NCBI GenBank assembly: GCA_051942245.1
Contig: JAVECL010000070.1
Span: 1-62,836, forward strand
Source of the DNA: Trypethelium eluteriae
Lineage: Eukaryota
Reading direction: 5' to 3'
DNA: 62,836 bases
The position numbers were made by a program, and so were the translations under genes. The notes beneath the pieces are model-generated. The model was not told where the DNA came from and made no database searches. It was given only the letters and a program-made list of their open reading frames with translations. The first letter of the stretch is position 1; every line of letters begins with the position of its first letter. This document shows, in pieces, positions 24,274 through 37,200 of the stretch.

Positions 24274-25878
24274 ATGGCGACGAGCGGCGAGCTACCATTC
24301 AAAGCCGAAATGCGGAAGATACCAACTGGAGGCTTTCTATCTCCTTCGAAGAGGACTAACAGTATGGGTGTTCAGGCAGAGGATACACGGATATGTGTTA
24401 TCATGGTCGGATTACCGGCACGTGGCAAGAGTTTAATTGCACAAAAAAGTACTCCGCCCCCCAACCATTGTTAAGATGTAGTCTTTGGCTGACACCTCAT
24501 GAATTAGTTGTACGTTATCTCGGATGGCTCTCAATTACGGCCAAGACCTTCAACGTTGGCCAGTATAGACGAAGCGCTACCCCAAACCCCTCTGCAGAGT
24601 TCTTTGACACCTCCAATCCAGAAGGTGAAAGACTTCGTCGAGCTGCCGCCGAAGCCGCTGTAGGTGACATGTGTAAATGGTTCAGGGAAGGACGAGGCTT
24701 AGTTGCGATACTTGATGCAACGAATAGCACGAAATCACGCAGAAGGTGGATACTCGAGCGATGTCAAGCGGAATCCATTGCCACATTATTCGTGGAGTCA
24801 AAATGCGATGATGAGGATTTGATCATGCAAAATATCCTGGAGGTAAAGACTACGAGCCCTGACTATAAGGGTCAAGATCCTGAGGAAGCAGCGAGAGATT
24901 TCCGCGAACGGATACGGAACTACGAGAAAGTATACGAGACAATCGACGAAGATGAACGAGATCTTACCTATTGCAAGCTCATCAATGTCGGACATCAAGT
25001 TGTCATCAACCAGATTCGTGACTACCTCCAAAGCCGTGTTGTGTACTACCTCATGAACTTGCATATTCGCCCCCGCAGTATCTGGCTCTCCCGAGTAGGT
25101 GGTTTATTGTAACAATTTCCTTAAATATTATGCTGACTTTCTCGCAAAACAGCATGGCGAATCGCAGTACAACCTTGTTGGCAAACTCGGTGGCGACGCC
25201 GACCTCTCCTCCCGCGGCGAAGCCTATGCCAAAACACTGCCCTCGCTGGTTCAAAAGTCCGCAGGCGACCGGCAACTCACCGTGTGGACCTCGACTCTGA
25301 AACGTACCATCCAAACCGCACGCTTCCTGCCCTTTGAGAAGCTCGAATGGAAGGCCCTCGACGAGCTTGACAGCGGCGTCTGCGATGGTCTCACTTATGC
25401 CGAAGTCGAGGAGAAGTATCCTGAAGACTTTGCACAACGTGATGAGGATAAATACAACTACCGCTATCTTGGCGGCGAGAGCTATCGGGATGTAGTGATA
25501 AGGCTGGAGCCCATAATCATGGAGCTAGAACGCAGCGAAAATATCCTCATCGTCACGCACCAGGCAATCTTGCGGTGCATCTATGCATACTTCATGAATG
25601 TGCCGCAGGAGCGTAGCCCCTGGATGGAGGTTCCACTGCATACGCTCATTAAGTTGACTCCGAAGGCATATACGACGGTAGAAGAGAGGCTCAAAGCGGA
25701 CATTCCGGCTGTAAGCACGTTCAGAGAGAAGGGAAGCAGAGCAAGGGGCAACACCATAGGAGATGGAGCCAAACCTTTATCTCCGACAGCACAGGAAGAT
25801 GCGAAGGGGTTAGGTTTGGGCTTGGCGGCTGATGGGAAGCCGGTGATGGGAGATGCTAAACCACCACCTGAGTCGTAA
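24274..25878 (+). CDS. FBP26: Bifunctional 6-phosphofructo-2-kinase/fructose-2,6-bisphosphatase
   Basis: MVGLPARGKS P-loop, FNVGQYRR, LDATNST, SIWLSR|HGES (RHG split by the intron at about 25095-25152), LDELDSGVCDG, YRYLGGESYRD, VTHQA. First intron at about 24449-24507. Confidence 0.93.
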
Positions 25879-26610
25879 AGTGAGGGCTTGCTCGTTCCAG
25901 GTATGTTGTAGCTGGATGAATGGGATAGACAAAATGGTATAATCGGTGTTTTGGGAATATTATGCGTTATATGATTTCATTATAGATGAGCTCGTTAGAC
26001 GTAAGGGGGCTATTGGGCATCCATTTCCCCTGGATTGGCCGAGTTTACGTGATATTGAGGCATGAATATTGGGTGAAAATAGAGGTATTAAAGGTTGTTG
26101 AATAAGAATGCATCTGCTTTCTGTTTAATCATAAAGTAAAGGAGTGCTAAAATACTTCCTAACCTAGAAACGCCTGAGAAGCAAGAACGAGGTCGATACT
26201 TTAGTCATATAAGTAAGCCAGAAGAACACAGGAAGCCGCTGGAGAGCAAGTTCTCTCTTTGGAAGCCTCAATGTAAACACTGTATCACTTTAGACTTTTG
26301 CCTGTCCCTGATTTTAAATGGTCGTCCATTGAGTCCTACAATTAATGTCCTACTAAGGGAATCCTCAACAGAGATGCTTCGAAGACAATTCCCCAGTCGT
26401 CTATATAATAGCTTGTTCTCTTTTCCCTTGAATCTGCTTTTCAACCAGACGCAAAATCAATATCCATTAGAAAGACTTTACTATCGTGGACGTTAACAGA
26501 ACACCCAAAGCCCTCAACTCCAGTACATCCAGTTCTTGCACCTCAGGCGAGCTAGCGAGATTGCGGAACTGCTCCTCAACACCAGCAGCTCAGCCCGAAA
26601 CTGGGGTCCA

Positions 26611-27237
26611 ATGTCGGAGGGGCCCTCATCAGTCTGTCCAGAGCAACACCAATGCCCGACATCGCCGTGGCCCAATGCCCAAGAGAGTAAAGCTACCAGA
26701 ATGGGCCCTGCACCCGCAGTGACAGAATCAACACTGGGTCCCTCCTCGTCCGCATCCGACACAACAATAACTCCTTCCCCAATGGCATGCCTCAGACCCG
26801 ACAGCCAAATCCCCTGGACGCCGCTGGAGTTTGAGGCCCTCCATGCCCTCACGCAGATGTCACGCGCTGTCCCGACGCCTCCCAGGCTCCGTACACGAGC
26901 GGAGAACCCCATCTATATCCCGATTCTGGAGGGAGACACGTGGGAGTCAGTCCAGCGCAGGGAGCGCATATGTCCTAAGGCGACGTGTCTTGAGCGTGTC
27001 ATCTATGCGGAGATAGGGCAGGCGATGAAGAGCATGAGGGCGCAGCAGACTACCAATGCCCATGGCCATACCCATGCCCACGCCAATGATCAGGCAGAGG
27101 CAGGGCCAACATCGGGTGAGTCGGCGACTAGCTCTCAGACGTTACAGGACGAAGTGGTATCCAGAGGAGCCGAGCGTGGAGAGGGTACTGGTGGACCGAT
27201 GCGGCGGAGGAATCTTCGGAGGCGCAGTCCGCATTGA
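26611..27237 (+). CDS. Hypothetical orphan protein (about 208 aa)
   Basis: Open frame 26536-27237 with first ATG at 26611, a TATA-like CTATATAA at about 26401 and a purine-rich downstream region. No recognisable motif. Confidence 0.45.
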   Translation: MSEGPSSVCPEQHQCPTSPWPNAQESKATRMGPAPAVTESTLGPSSSASDTTITPSPMACLRPDSQIPWTPLEFEALHALTQMSRAVPTPPRLRTRAENPIYIPILEGDTWESVQRRERICPKATCLERVIYAEIGQAMKSMRAQQTTNAHGHTHAHANDQAEAGPTSGESATSSQTLQDEVVSRGAERGEGTGGPMRRRNLRRRSPH

Positions 27238-28269
27238 GATGCAGTATTGGGAGGCGCTAGACTTATAATGCGCCAGGAGGTGCTTTGAACGATTAAAGAC
27301 TTGGATAAGAGATGATATCTAGAGACACGAGAAGGAAAGAGGAGATGGGGGCGGAAAATAGGAAGAACGGACTGAGAGGACCCTCGTTCAGAAAGGAGTG
27401 GCAAATAGGAGAAGCGGTCTGATGGAACCCTCAGTCGGAAAGGAGTGGAATGAGTTTTGGGGGTGGTGTTGAGGTATCTACGAGGGATTAATGGAGGATA
27501 GGTGTTAAAGGTTGAGTATTATTGAAAATGTCATTTGTTTGCTCAGCCGCATTACGATTGCGAGCTCGTTGCCTACAATACCTAACCCACTCGATCACGC
27601 CATCGTGAGCTCCACGAGAAATGAATCGTTCTCTAAGCAGTACTCCTCTTTCCTAGTCTGGTAATGTCATGTGAGGTACAAGAGGTTCGGTGAGGGTGAG
27701 CGTTGGGGTTGAGGATAGAGTGACGTCTTGGTGGTCACGGCGCGACTGAGTCCTCCGCCACGCGCTTCGTTTGTACCTCCATAATTCCGCATCGAGCTTT
27801 AATACCGACCCTCACCAACTTCCTCTATCCACCACCTACCATACTCCAACCCCTTCCAGTTTCTTAGTTGGCCCTTCTGAAGCCAATAATCCTCTACTGG
27901 TACTTTTACGCCTTCGGCTTTGTCAAGGAACGACCTGCACCGTTCTTGCTTCGACCGGAGAGCGCCCTACACGTAGACATCAGAAAGTTTCCCGAGACTC
28001 TTCACGACGGTCCTTTCTGCGAATCATTTGATGCTCATACTTTCTGTCCCTAATATCAGTTGCGTGGGATTCAAGCTTTCATCGGGTTGATCGCAACGTT
28101 CACTTCTCATCGAACATCAAAGCTCCCAACCATACCCGGATACCACCGTCGAGCGCTGCAAATTTTGCTCTGCCTCCCGAAATTTTTTTTCTCCCAGAGC
28201 ATCTGCACGTTCGACTCGTCTGCAAGCTTCATGTAAAGGAGCCCGGCGCTCGTGGAAGAAGTTGTTAAC

Positions 28270-31200
28270 ATGGGGAGGGTAACGAAGGCAGCCACGAACA
28301 AGCACGAGGCCACCTTGGTGAGCTCACACTTATGTATCCGTCATGATTGTTTTCTTTGCTAATGGACTGGAAGCCGCCATTCATTGCCTATTTCGTCAAA
28401 GCTTCGACAGAAATTCCGCTCTACCAACTTCCCTCCCACCTCTCTAACTTCCCTCGACGATGGCCTTTTCTGAAAGGCGACCTCTACCACTGGATCCCTC
28501 TGCTTGATCGATTCGATCGGATACTTGAGTTGTTCGTCAAAGAATACGGCTTGGACAGAGGTCCTCAGACACATGGACTTGCTCGTCGGTTGTTGCTAAA
28601 GGGAGATGCTGAGGTTGGTCAAGCCTCTCAGGCATTACCAAGCGAGACCACACTTTCCAATAGCGGGTTCGGCGATCAAGGCGACCGACAACTAATAGAG
28701 GACGTTCTTGCGTTCACACGATTACTCTTTGAGCAATGCGGGAACAGGAGCTTGTACGCAAGTAGCAGTCATCTTAATCACCTCCTCAACACAACGTCTC
28801 TGTCATTGCTCAAAGCAACGCTCCGGTTATGTCTCCGTCTTGCCCAGCGATACTACACCACGCGCTCCCGTGGAAACGCGAGCCATGCCTTCCTGCACAT
28901 GCACTACAATATCGACTTGGACAAGATCCTCAAATTAGCCGCTCCATTTGTAGCTCCGCCCTCGACTCCGACTTCTGCTGCAACGCCAACGGCCAAGGGG
29001 AAAGAAAAGGCATTGAGCTTGGCGAACGGAACTCAGCCGGAGGCCAAAGTGAACCCTGCTGATCTTTCGAGAATAATTCAAGAGAATAATCCTACAGTAT
29101 GGCACGATTGGGGCCATATTGTCTTCACGTACTACAATGAGATACAGCAGAGCCAACCCCACGAAGGACTGAACGGTCAGGATGGGAGACCTCCAACATC
29201 ACCGGCGACGCCCACACCAACTCGTCGAACTTCCACTTTAGCCACCTCGCAGAGCGCAACATCGAATCAGCCTACAACGACGGAAGAGACAGGTGACGCT
29301 GCTGCTGCACTTTCCGTGGCCCAAGAAGGTAGCCGGACGAATGCGGCAAAGACGGTAGATATCCCGAATACCGGAGCTAGTCACAACACACTCGAGAGCA
29401 TGGTTGCCTCGAAGATCACTGAAGTTCCCGAGCACTCTCAATACGAATTGCTCACTCGCATCAGGATTGCCCAAGCAATGATTGGAACACCGGTTGATCG
29501 TGAAAATGTGGTCGCTATCCGTTTACTCGCTGTCGCCAATCTAGCCTACGTTTTTCATGAGGCAAACTTTCAGCAAAAGATTGCTCAGCCAGATTCCGAT
29601 CAACCCCGCCAGCTGCAACTCGTTCAACAATTAGCCCAGCTCATCCATCCATCTGGAGGGGCCGACAAGTCATTTTCAATGGATCTCCAGACCATTGTAC
29701 TGAATACCCTAGAAGCGATCGGAAAGCAGAAGCTCAAGGCTCCCGACGTGACTGCAGCGTTGAATGTAAACGTTAACCACGGCGTACTCTTCTACGTTAT
29801 GCGGAAGGCTGCGGCGCAGATTGCCTCCGATAGTAGCGCTCCCAACGACACTGCTGAAGACGAGTGGCGGGAAGCTCTTTTCTCCCTGTTGATCGCACTT
29901 CCCAGCGGAGGTCATACTTCACGTACTGTTGCTGAGCAAATGGTATCTGCCGGCGTACTCAATATCCTCGTCGACGTGCTCAAACTTCGGACAGATAAGG
30001 CCGAGCGATCACACGGAAAGATATTGAATTTCCTGGATAACTTCGTCCACAATGTTAGGGACGCCTACCAAGCTCTTATTAGTGCGCACGGTTTCGATGC
30101 TATCGCTGACCTGGTTGCATATGAAGTCGAGACGTCTCATGACCTGGCTTGCAAAGGTCAAGGCATGCCTGCTGCTTTTAAAAACCAATCAACAGACTGG
30201 TCGATACCCTTTTACCAGCAGTTGACGCTAAGATGGCTGTTCAAAGTCATCAACCGCTTCATGAGCAACAGTGGGGGCACATTTGATCGTATGCTACGAA
30301 ACTTGATCGACTCGTCTCAACTTCTTGGTGGCCTCCGAACGGTTATTAGCAAGCCTCAGATGTATGGATCGAACATTTGGAGCAACGCAGTCCAGATCGT
30401 CAGCAACTTCATTCATCACGAACCCACTAGCTATCAAGTGATTGCTGAGGCTGGCCTTAGCCGGACCTTCCTTGAGGTCGTCGCTAGCAAGCCGATCGAC
30501 GAAACTACCGAGCACTCAACTGGTGCGGATGCGTCTCAAACATCTGGAGAAGTGGTAAGCGGTACGCCTCTTCAGGGCTCTGCAAGTAAGAGCGATTCGT
30601 CAAGAAGAACTTGGGCCAAGATTGTCGAGTCACATAGTGCTCGTGGTCATGAGTTAGCAGCAGGAATCCTTCCGAACGCCGAAGCTATTACTACCGTGCC
30701 AAATGCGTTCGAAGCTATTTGCCTAAACGAGAATGGGCAGAGGTTATTCCAAAAGTCCAATGCTCTTGCAATCTTTTTTGAGATCTTTGAGAGCCGTGAC
30801 CATGTCCAGGTGCTGGTTTCCGATGGGACGACGGCAAATCAGCTTGGTGGCCAGTTCGACGAGATGGTCCGTCACCACCCGCAACTCAAGGCCAAGATCA
30901 TGGACTCGGTGAGGGATATGATCATGCATGTAGGCATCTTAGTCTATCAACGGGCCGAGAGTAATGGTGTTGGAGCGAAACTCTGGTATGAGGGTGAGGA
31001 CGGTCTACCAATGGTTGCTGGTGGGCGCACTTCATTGAAAGGCCCAGAAGGCCCTGTCAACAGACAGGAGAGACTGGTGAATGATGCTATATCTGCTGAA
31101 CCAAAATCCGCCGGACAAGACGTTGAGATGAAAGATACCGCAGCGTCCGCCAACGGTGAAAGCGAAATTCCTGAGGACAAGGCTGTGTCCATTGACGATG

Positions 31201-34200
31201 TCATCGATGAAGAAAATGCACCCACGGTCGCGGATTATATTTCTGCTGTCTCATACTTCTTGACTGGATTCTTTGGCGGTAATCAGCGGACTGTCGAGGC
31301 CTTCTTCGACACGTGCGGCGTTGAGAACGTGCTCGATTTTTTCACGACCCCATGTCTGCCGTTCGATTACGGGAGCTCTGAAAGCAGTGAACCTCCTCTC
31401 GATGCCGTTCGTGCTCTTGTAGAAGCCAAACCACATCTGGTCATGCCATCCCTCGTGCGTCGAGCGCAACTGGCGTTGGATCAGTTACAACCTTTTATCA
31501 ATTTCGACCGTTCTTCAGACCACGGCTTCTTCGCTCCTCTGACTGAGCAGAGCTTTTCGGGTAAACAGAAAGATTCTCCCGAATATGCAATTCTCAAAAG
31601 AAACGGCACAAGTTTTGTGAAAGCATTGGTCTCTCTTCGCCAGCTCTGCAAAGCGCTCAGATTTGCCATCTCGTCACAGCCGTACAATCAGCGCGGTTCG
31701 CCCCAATCAGTGTTCAATCAGGTCAATCTCACAGACATGTACGCACGTCTTGTTGATGACCTTGGTAAGTTAGAACGTAGCTGTATTTGGGAAGAGATTT
31801 TGCTCCAAGAAGGCCTCTCTCCCCGCTGGGACAAGGCGACACGGGTGAAGACCTTTGGGCTCGGCAGCAAGGAAGCAGAGGAAGCTTTTGGCATGGGAGA
31901 TCCCGAGTCTCCATCTGAATCCGAGCCTCAGAACAATGAGTTGTCCGCCACTCTTCCATCACAGCAGGCAGAGAACGGAGCTGAACACCCAACCATTCCC
32001 AAGAGTCGATCTTGGAAGCAATCCGTTGCTTTCAAGAACGTTCGAACTCTGCGTCATGAAATGAGCAAAATGGTCACGGTCATCACCCCTCTCCTCCGCA
32101 GCTTGGGTACTGCGTTATTGCCTCCGAACCGGCGAAATTCGCACCACGTAGACCTGCAACTCTATCAGAAACAAAACGCTGGACTGGTAGCCGAAAAGAT
32201 CGCTGAAGCCGTCCTGCAAATCTTGAGATATAGACTGCCGGCTCAAGCGAAATCAGTGAGTAGTCGCTACTCATATTGGATCGTTGCTATCTCGCAGCTA
32301 TCAGAGATTCTCATCGAAGGTTCCCATGATCGCAACTATCCGCAGCCTTTGACCCTGGTGTTGCAAGCTTTCAAGGATAAGGGTGGGTTTGAAGAATTAA
32401 ATAATATCCTAGCAGCATTCCACAATCATGCTATTGAGAAACCTGCAGGGTTGATGCAAAACAGCTCAATGTGGGCTGACTGGCATCTTGCCACTGGAGG
32501 CATAAAAATAGTGCTGGAATTCTACGCTCAAGTCATTAATCACAAGATGCTTATGGAGGCTACTCAAACGTTGGCAATGTCTTCACGGCCCACTCACGAT
32601 CGAGATAAGCCAGATTACTTCCTCCCTGCCCAATTTCTTGTGGAATTGAGGAAGGAGATCACTCCCTCGGTTCGGAGCATCTGGACATCAAACACTATGG
32701 AAAAGGCGAACACGTTGGTTGCTACCAATGTCATCGATATACTCAAGACGATCCTGGACGGTGAAGGCGAGCATGGTGCCTACAAGCGATCGGACAAAGT
32801 TCCTATTCGGACCAAGCAATCTCCTAAGCTATGGAAGATCAGTCGACGAGAAACCTTTGATGGCCTAAAGGAGAAAGGCTTTGAAGAAGATCTCGTCAAA
32901 GAAGCCTTCTTCCGGTGTTATGATAATTCCCGCTGGGCAGAAGAGTATTGCACTCAATCTGCCAAGGACTTCCGTTCAGGGCGATTCCCTATACCTGAAG
33001 GTGAAGAAGCACCTGCTCCGTCACCGCCTCAGGAGAATGCCGCGGAATCATCTTCTGCACCTCGACGAGACGCTTCAACGCAGGTCAGCAATTTATCCAC
33101 TGCGGCATCGGCACCGACAGAGTCAAGTGCCATGGACACTTCGTCCTCCGGCAGCAGTGGCCACGATGAAAACTCTCAGCAACCCGACGACCAAGGAGCG
33201 GCGGAGGCTTTAGAAGAAGTGGTACAGCAGGTGCTTCGCAATGTCACCGCCCCAGTTGCAAACTTGGGTCTTGGTCCCGATGATCCCAGTAGTCAAATGG
33301 ACACTGAAGACCTGGCAATTGATATGGACAACTCTCTTCCTGGATTGGATGGCTCCAGTACCTCGGGCCCGTCAGACTCAGGTGGTCGCACATCTGAGCA
33401 GACCACAAGAGTTGAAACCACCGAGGCTGTGAACCTACCAAAGTGTGCAACTATTGATGACTTGGACGACGAACGCGCTCTCATTCGAGAAAGTCTTCTT
33501 GATCGCAGCCTCGACCTCGTCGACTTGCATGATGATGTCTCATTCAGCTTGGCCGAACTGATATCAGCCGCTGTACCGAAAAGTGGGGATGAATCATCTT
33601 CGATGCACAGTGACATTGCCAACACTTTGATGTCGTCGCTCCTGTCATTGCGCGAGGAGGACCTGGTACCTAACGGAAAAAAAGTCGCGGCATATGCTCA
33701 TCTCTTTGGTCTTGTGATTCAGGATAAGCCGTTTTATGAGGTAGCCCGGGCCGAACTCGCCGAAAACTTCTCGATGCTTCTGGATTTTGTCAAGATGCCT
33801 CAACTCAAGCCAGGCGAATCGGCTTCCTGGATAGGCCCAGTACTCCTCATTATCGAGCGTGTACTGGCACAAGATGAGCAGCCATATCAAATTAGCTGGA
33901 CACCTCCAGCATCAGAAGACTCGATAAGCAATGATAACAGCGGCTCTGCAATTCTAGGTCACGATCCGGTTCCCTCCGATGAGAAGGAGAAACTTTTCAA
34001 CGCCTTGATAGAGATGCTCCCACGGCTTGGCAAAGACGACTCTCTTGCTCTCTCAATCCTCCGAATCCTTGTCATTCTCACACGAAATCGTCCTCTTGCA
34101 AAGAAGCTCGGATCCAAGGCGTGCATGCAAAAGCTTTTCGTAATGATCAAACAACTGGCGGGTGCGGTCAATGAGCGTGTGCAATCTGCTTTTGTGCTGG

Positions 34201-37200
34201 TTCTTCGGCACGCTGTGGAAGATGAAGAAACAATTCGACAAGTCATGCGCAGCGATATTCGGAACACCTTTGAGGGGGGCCGAGGTCAGACTAGAATCGA
34301 TACAACCCACTATACACGTAATCTCTGCCACCTCATCATTCGAGAACCAAGAATCTTTGTCGAGGTTACTAATGAGTTGACCACACTCTCGAGATGGGAT
34401 CAGACTCAACGGCCTCAGATGCTTGTGCTCAAGAAGCAAGAGCCTGTGGTTTCTTCGAAAACCACCGAGCCTGTGGGAACCACGGAGAAACTAGCGAAAG
34501 ACAATGATGCTAAGGAGTCGACTGCGCACAAGGAGAAGCAAGACGATGATCGACCAAAGACTGCGGAAATGAAACCGCCAATAGTCGAGAATCCGGATGG
34601 CGTCATCCATTATCTTCTTTGTGAGCTGCTCTCATATAAGGACGTGGATGATAAGGAGCCTGCGATGCCTGAAACTTCAGATGGGCAAGGGGATATCGAA
34701 ATGACGAGCGACGAGACACCCGTACCGCGTTCTACCAATTCTACTCCAGTACCACCTGATACCATGATGCGAAAACCAGACAAGTCGGGATTCAAGTCAG
34801 AGGAGAATCCCATCTACGTGTATCGGTGTTTCATTCTCTATTGTCTTAATGAGCTTCTTGGCTGCTATAACCGGGCCAAGGTTGAATTCATCAATTTCTC
34901 CAGGAAGGCCGATCCCCAGACTCTGACCCCATCAAAACCACGCTCTGGCGTCCTCAATTACTTGCTGAACGCCCTGGTTCCGACTGGTACCCTCACACAG
35001 CACGAGACTCTTGCGTACAAGAAGAAAAACTCTACCTCTTCCTGGGCTATCAGTGTCATTGTAGCACTATGTGCCAAGACAGGTGAGCGCTGGCCAGGAA
35101 GAGACCATCAAGATGCGCAGGACGAGTCGGAGTTGGTCTTTGTTCGCAAGTTTGTCCTGGAGCATGCACTCAAGGCATATCGAGATGCGATGTCGTCCAA
35201 CGAGTCCCTTGACATGAAATACTCTCGACTGCTATGCCTGGCTGAGGTCTTCAACCGCATGCTGACTGGGGAGGTAAGCAAAAACTATCCGGCGGAAGCT
35301 TTCACCAATTCCCAAAAGCAGCTCGGTCGGATCATGTATGAAAAGAACTTCATCTCAGCGCTCACGAGCTCTATCGCGGACATCGACCTCAACTTCCCAG
35401 GTGCAAGGCGTGCCATTAAATACGTCCTCCGACCTCTCAAATTACTCACCCAGAGAGCGTACGACCTCAGCATGACAACTGACATTTCGTCGTCTTCAGC
35501 AGCTCAGACAACTGACGAGGATGAAATCTCCACTGCGTCTTCTGTAACAGACCCTGATGATATTCGGGAAGAGACGCCGGATCTGTTCCGTAATTCCACT
35601 CTCGGTCTCATGGGCTCTGGCGCTCACGAGTCTGAACCGTCTGCTGATGAAGAAGACGAAGAAGACGAAGACGAGATGTATGATGGTGGTTTCGAAGAGA
35701 TGGATTACGAAGATGAGCGCGACGATGACGAGCCTGTCAGCGACGATGAGGAAGGCATGGGCGACGTAGAAGGCCTTCCCGGCGACCTGGGTCCCATGGA
35801 TATCGAAATTGTTGAAGATGAGGCCGGATCGGCCGAATCTATGTCCGAGGACGACAGTAGCGATACTTCCGGAGATGACGATGAAGATGACGATGAAGAT
35901 ATCGACGAAGATGACGAAGGTGATGATCCAGATGGCGATGATCATGGCGAAGGTATCGATGTCGAGATGGACCCTGACGGTATGCATCCTGTTCTCGAAA
36001 TCGGTAGCGTCGAAAACGACGACGAGGACTGGGAAGAAGACGAAGACGGCAACGTCGATTACGAGCCGCATGACCATGGCGACGAAGACGAATCATCAGG
36101 CCCAGGTCCTCCAGCTGCCCGAGTCCTTCACGTTTTAGGAGGCGAGGGAAATACTCAAGAAATGATCAACCAGCTAATGAATGGTGAAGTGGATATGGAG
36201 ATGGATCAAGATTATCTTGATGAAGAAATGCCCCCAGATGGAGAAGAAGGTAGGCATCGGCTCTTAGCATACCCTTACCTGTTACAAGACATTGTTAACG
36301 TATTATACTCAGATGAAGAAGATGAAGACGAGGGAGATTATGATGATGGAGACGAGATGGTTTATGAACAAGATCTCGAAGGTTCGCTCCCCTTTCTTTT
36401 TGCACGTCATCTCATTCCCGTTCCATCGTGTCAATCACGGCGATCAACGTTTGTCTCTAAGTTCTGGCTATGGGCGTGATCAACCTCATAAATTATCAGC
36501 ATTGATGCATTATTTATTGTTATGCTGTGGAGATTTCAGTCACCCTCTTACCAGCATTTTCTCTGGCTCTAACTCCCGGTCAGAGGATGATTTCGACGAT
36601 TCGGCTGGTATGTGGGATTGGCGCAATCAGCCACCACCAGCTCTACTCCACAGACATCATCATCACCATCATACCCATCACAACCATCATCGACGCGGCG
36701 GTCCTTTTGCTCTCTTGAGGGGCGTTCAAGACGATCGTGGCATAGGGAGTATGAAAATTGATAGTCGTGTTCTCAATCACAACCAGCTTGCTGACGTCGA
36801 TTCAGTTCCCAACTCGTTCCGATCACATCAGCCTCGAGGTCCTCCACGCACCGATGACGGCATGAACCCTCTCCTTCGAAGCCGAAATACGCTAGACAGC
36901 GACGATCCCGCTGGACGTTCAACGCGCAGCTTAGGCTTTCTTCCGCCACCGGGCGCTTTTGGCGATGATATACGTGGACCTCTCGGACGACGAGGCGGTC
37001 GCCATGGCATTGTCATGCCCCCAGGCATGGGCTTTCCCGATGGGATGAGCATCATCAATCAAATCTTCGGAACTCTTACTGGATCTCATAACAGCCGTTT
37101 TCCACCTGCGGGTGAAATTTCCTTCTCACTAGGACCAGTTGATAATGGAGATCGCGGTCGCTTTGGACCAGTCCCGCGGGACATGGAATTCTATCTCGAT

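Noticed and set aside
15392..25878. Functional clustering of the two histidine-phosphatase-family genes
   Set aside because: They are about 8 kb apart with unrelated genes between, and the substrate of the first is unknown.
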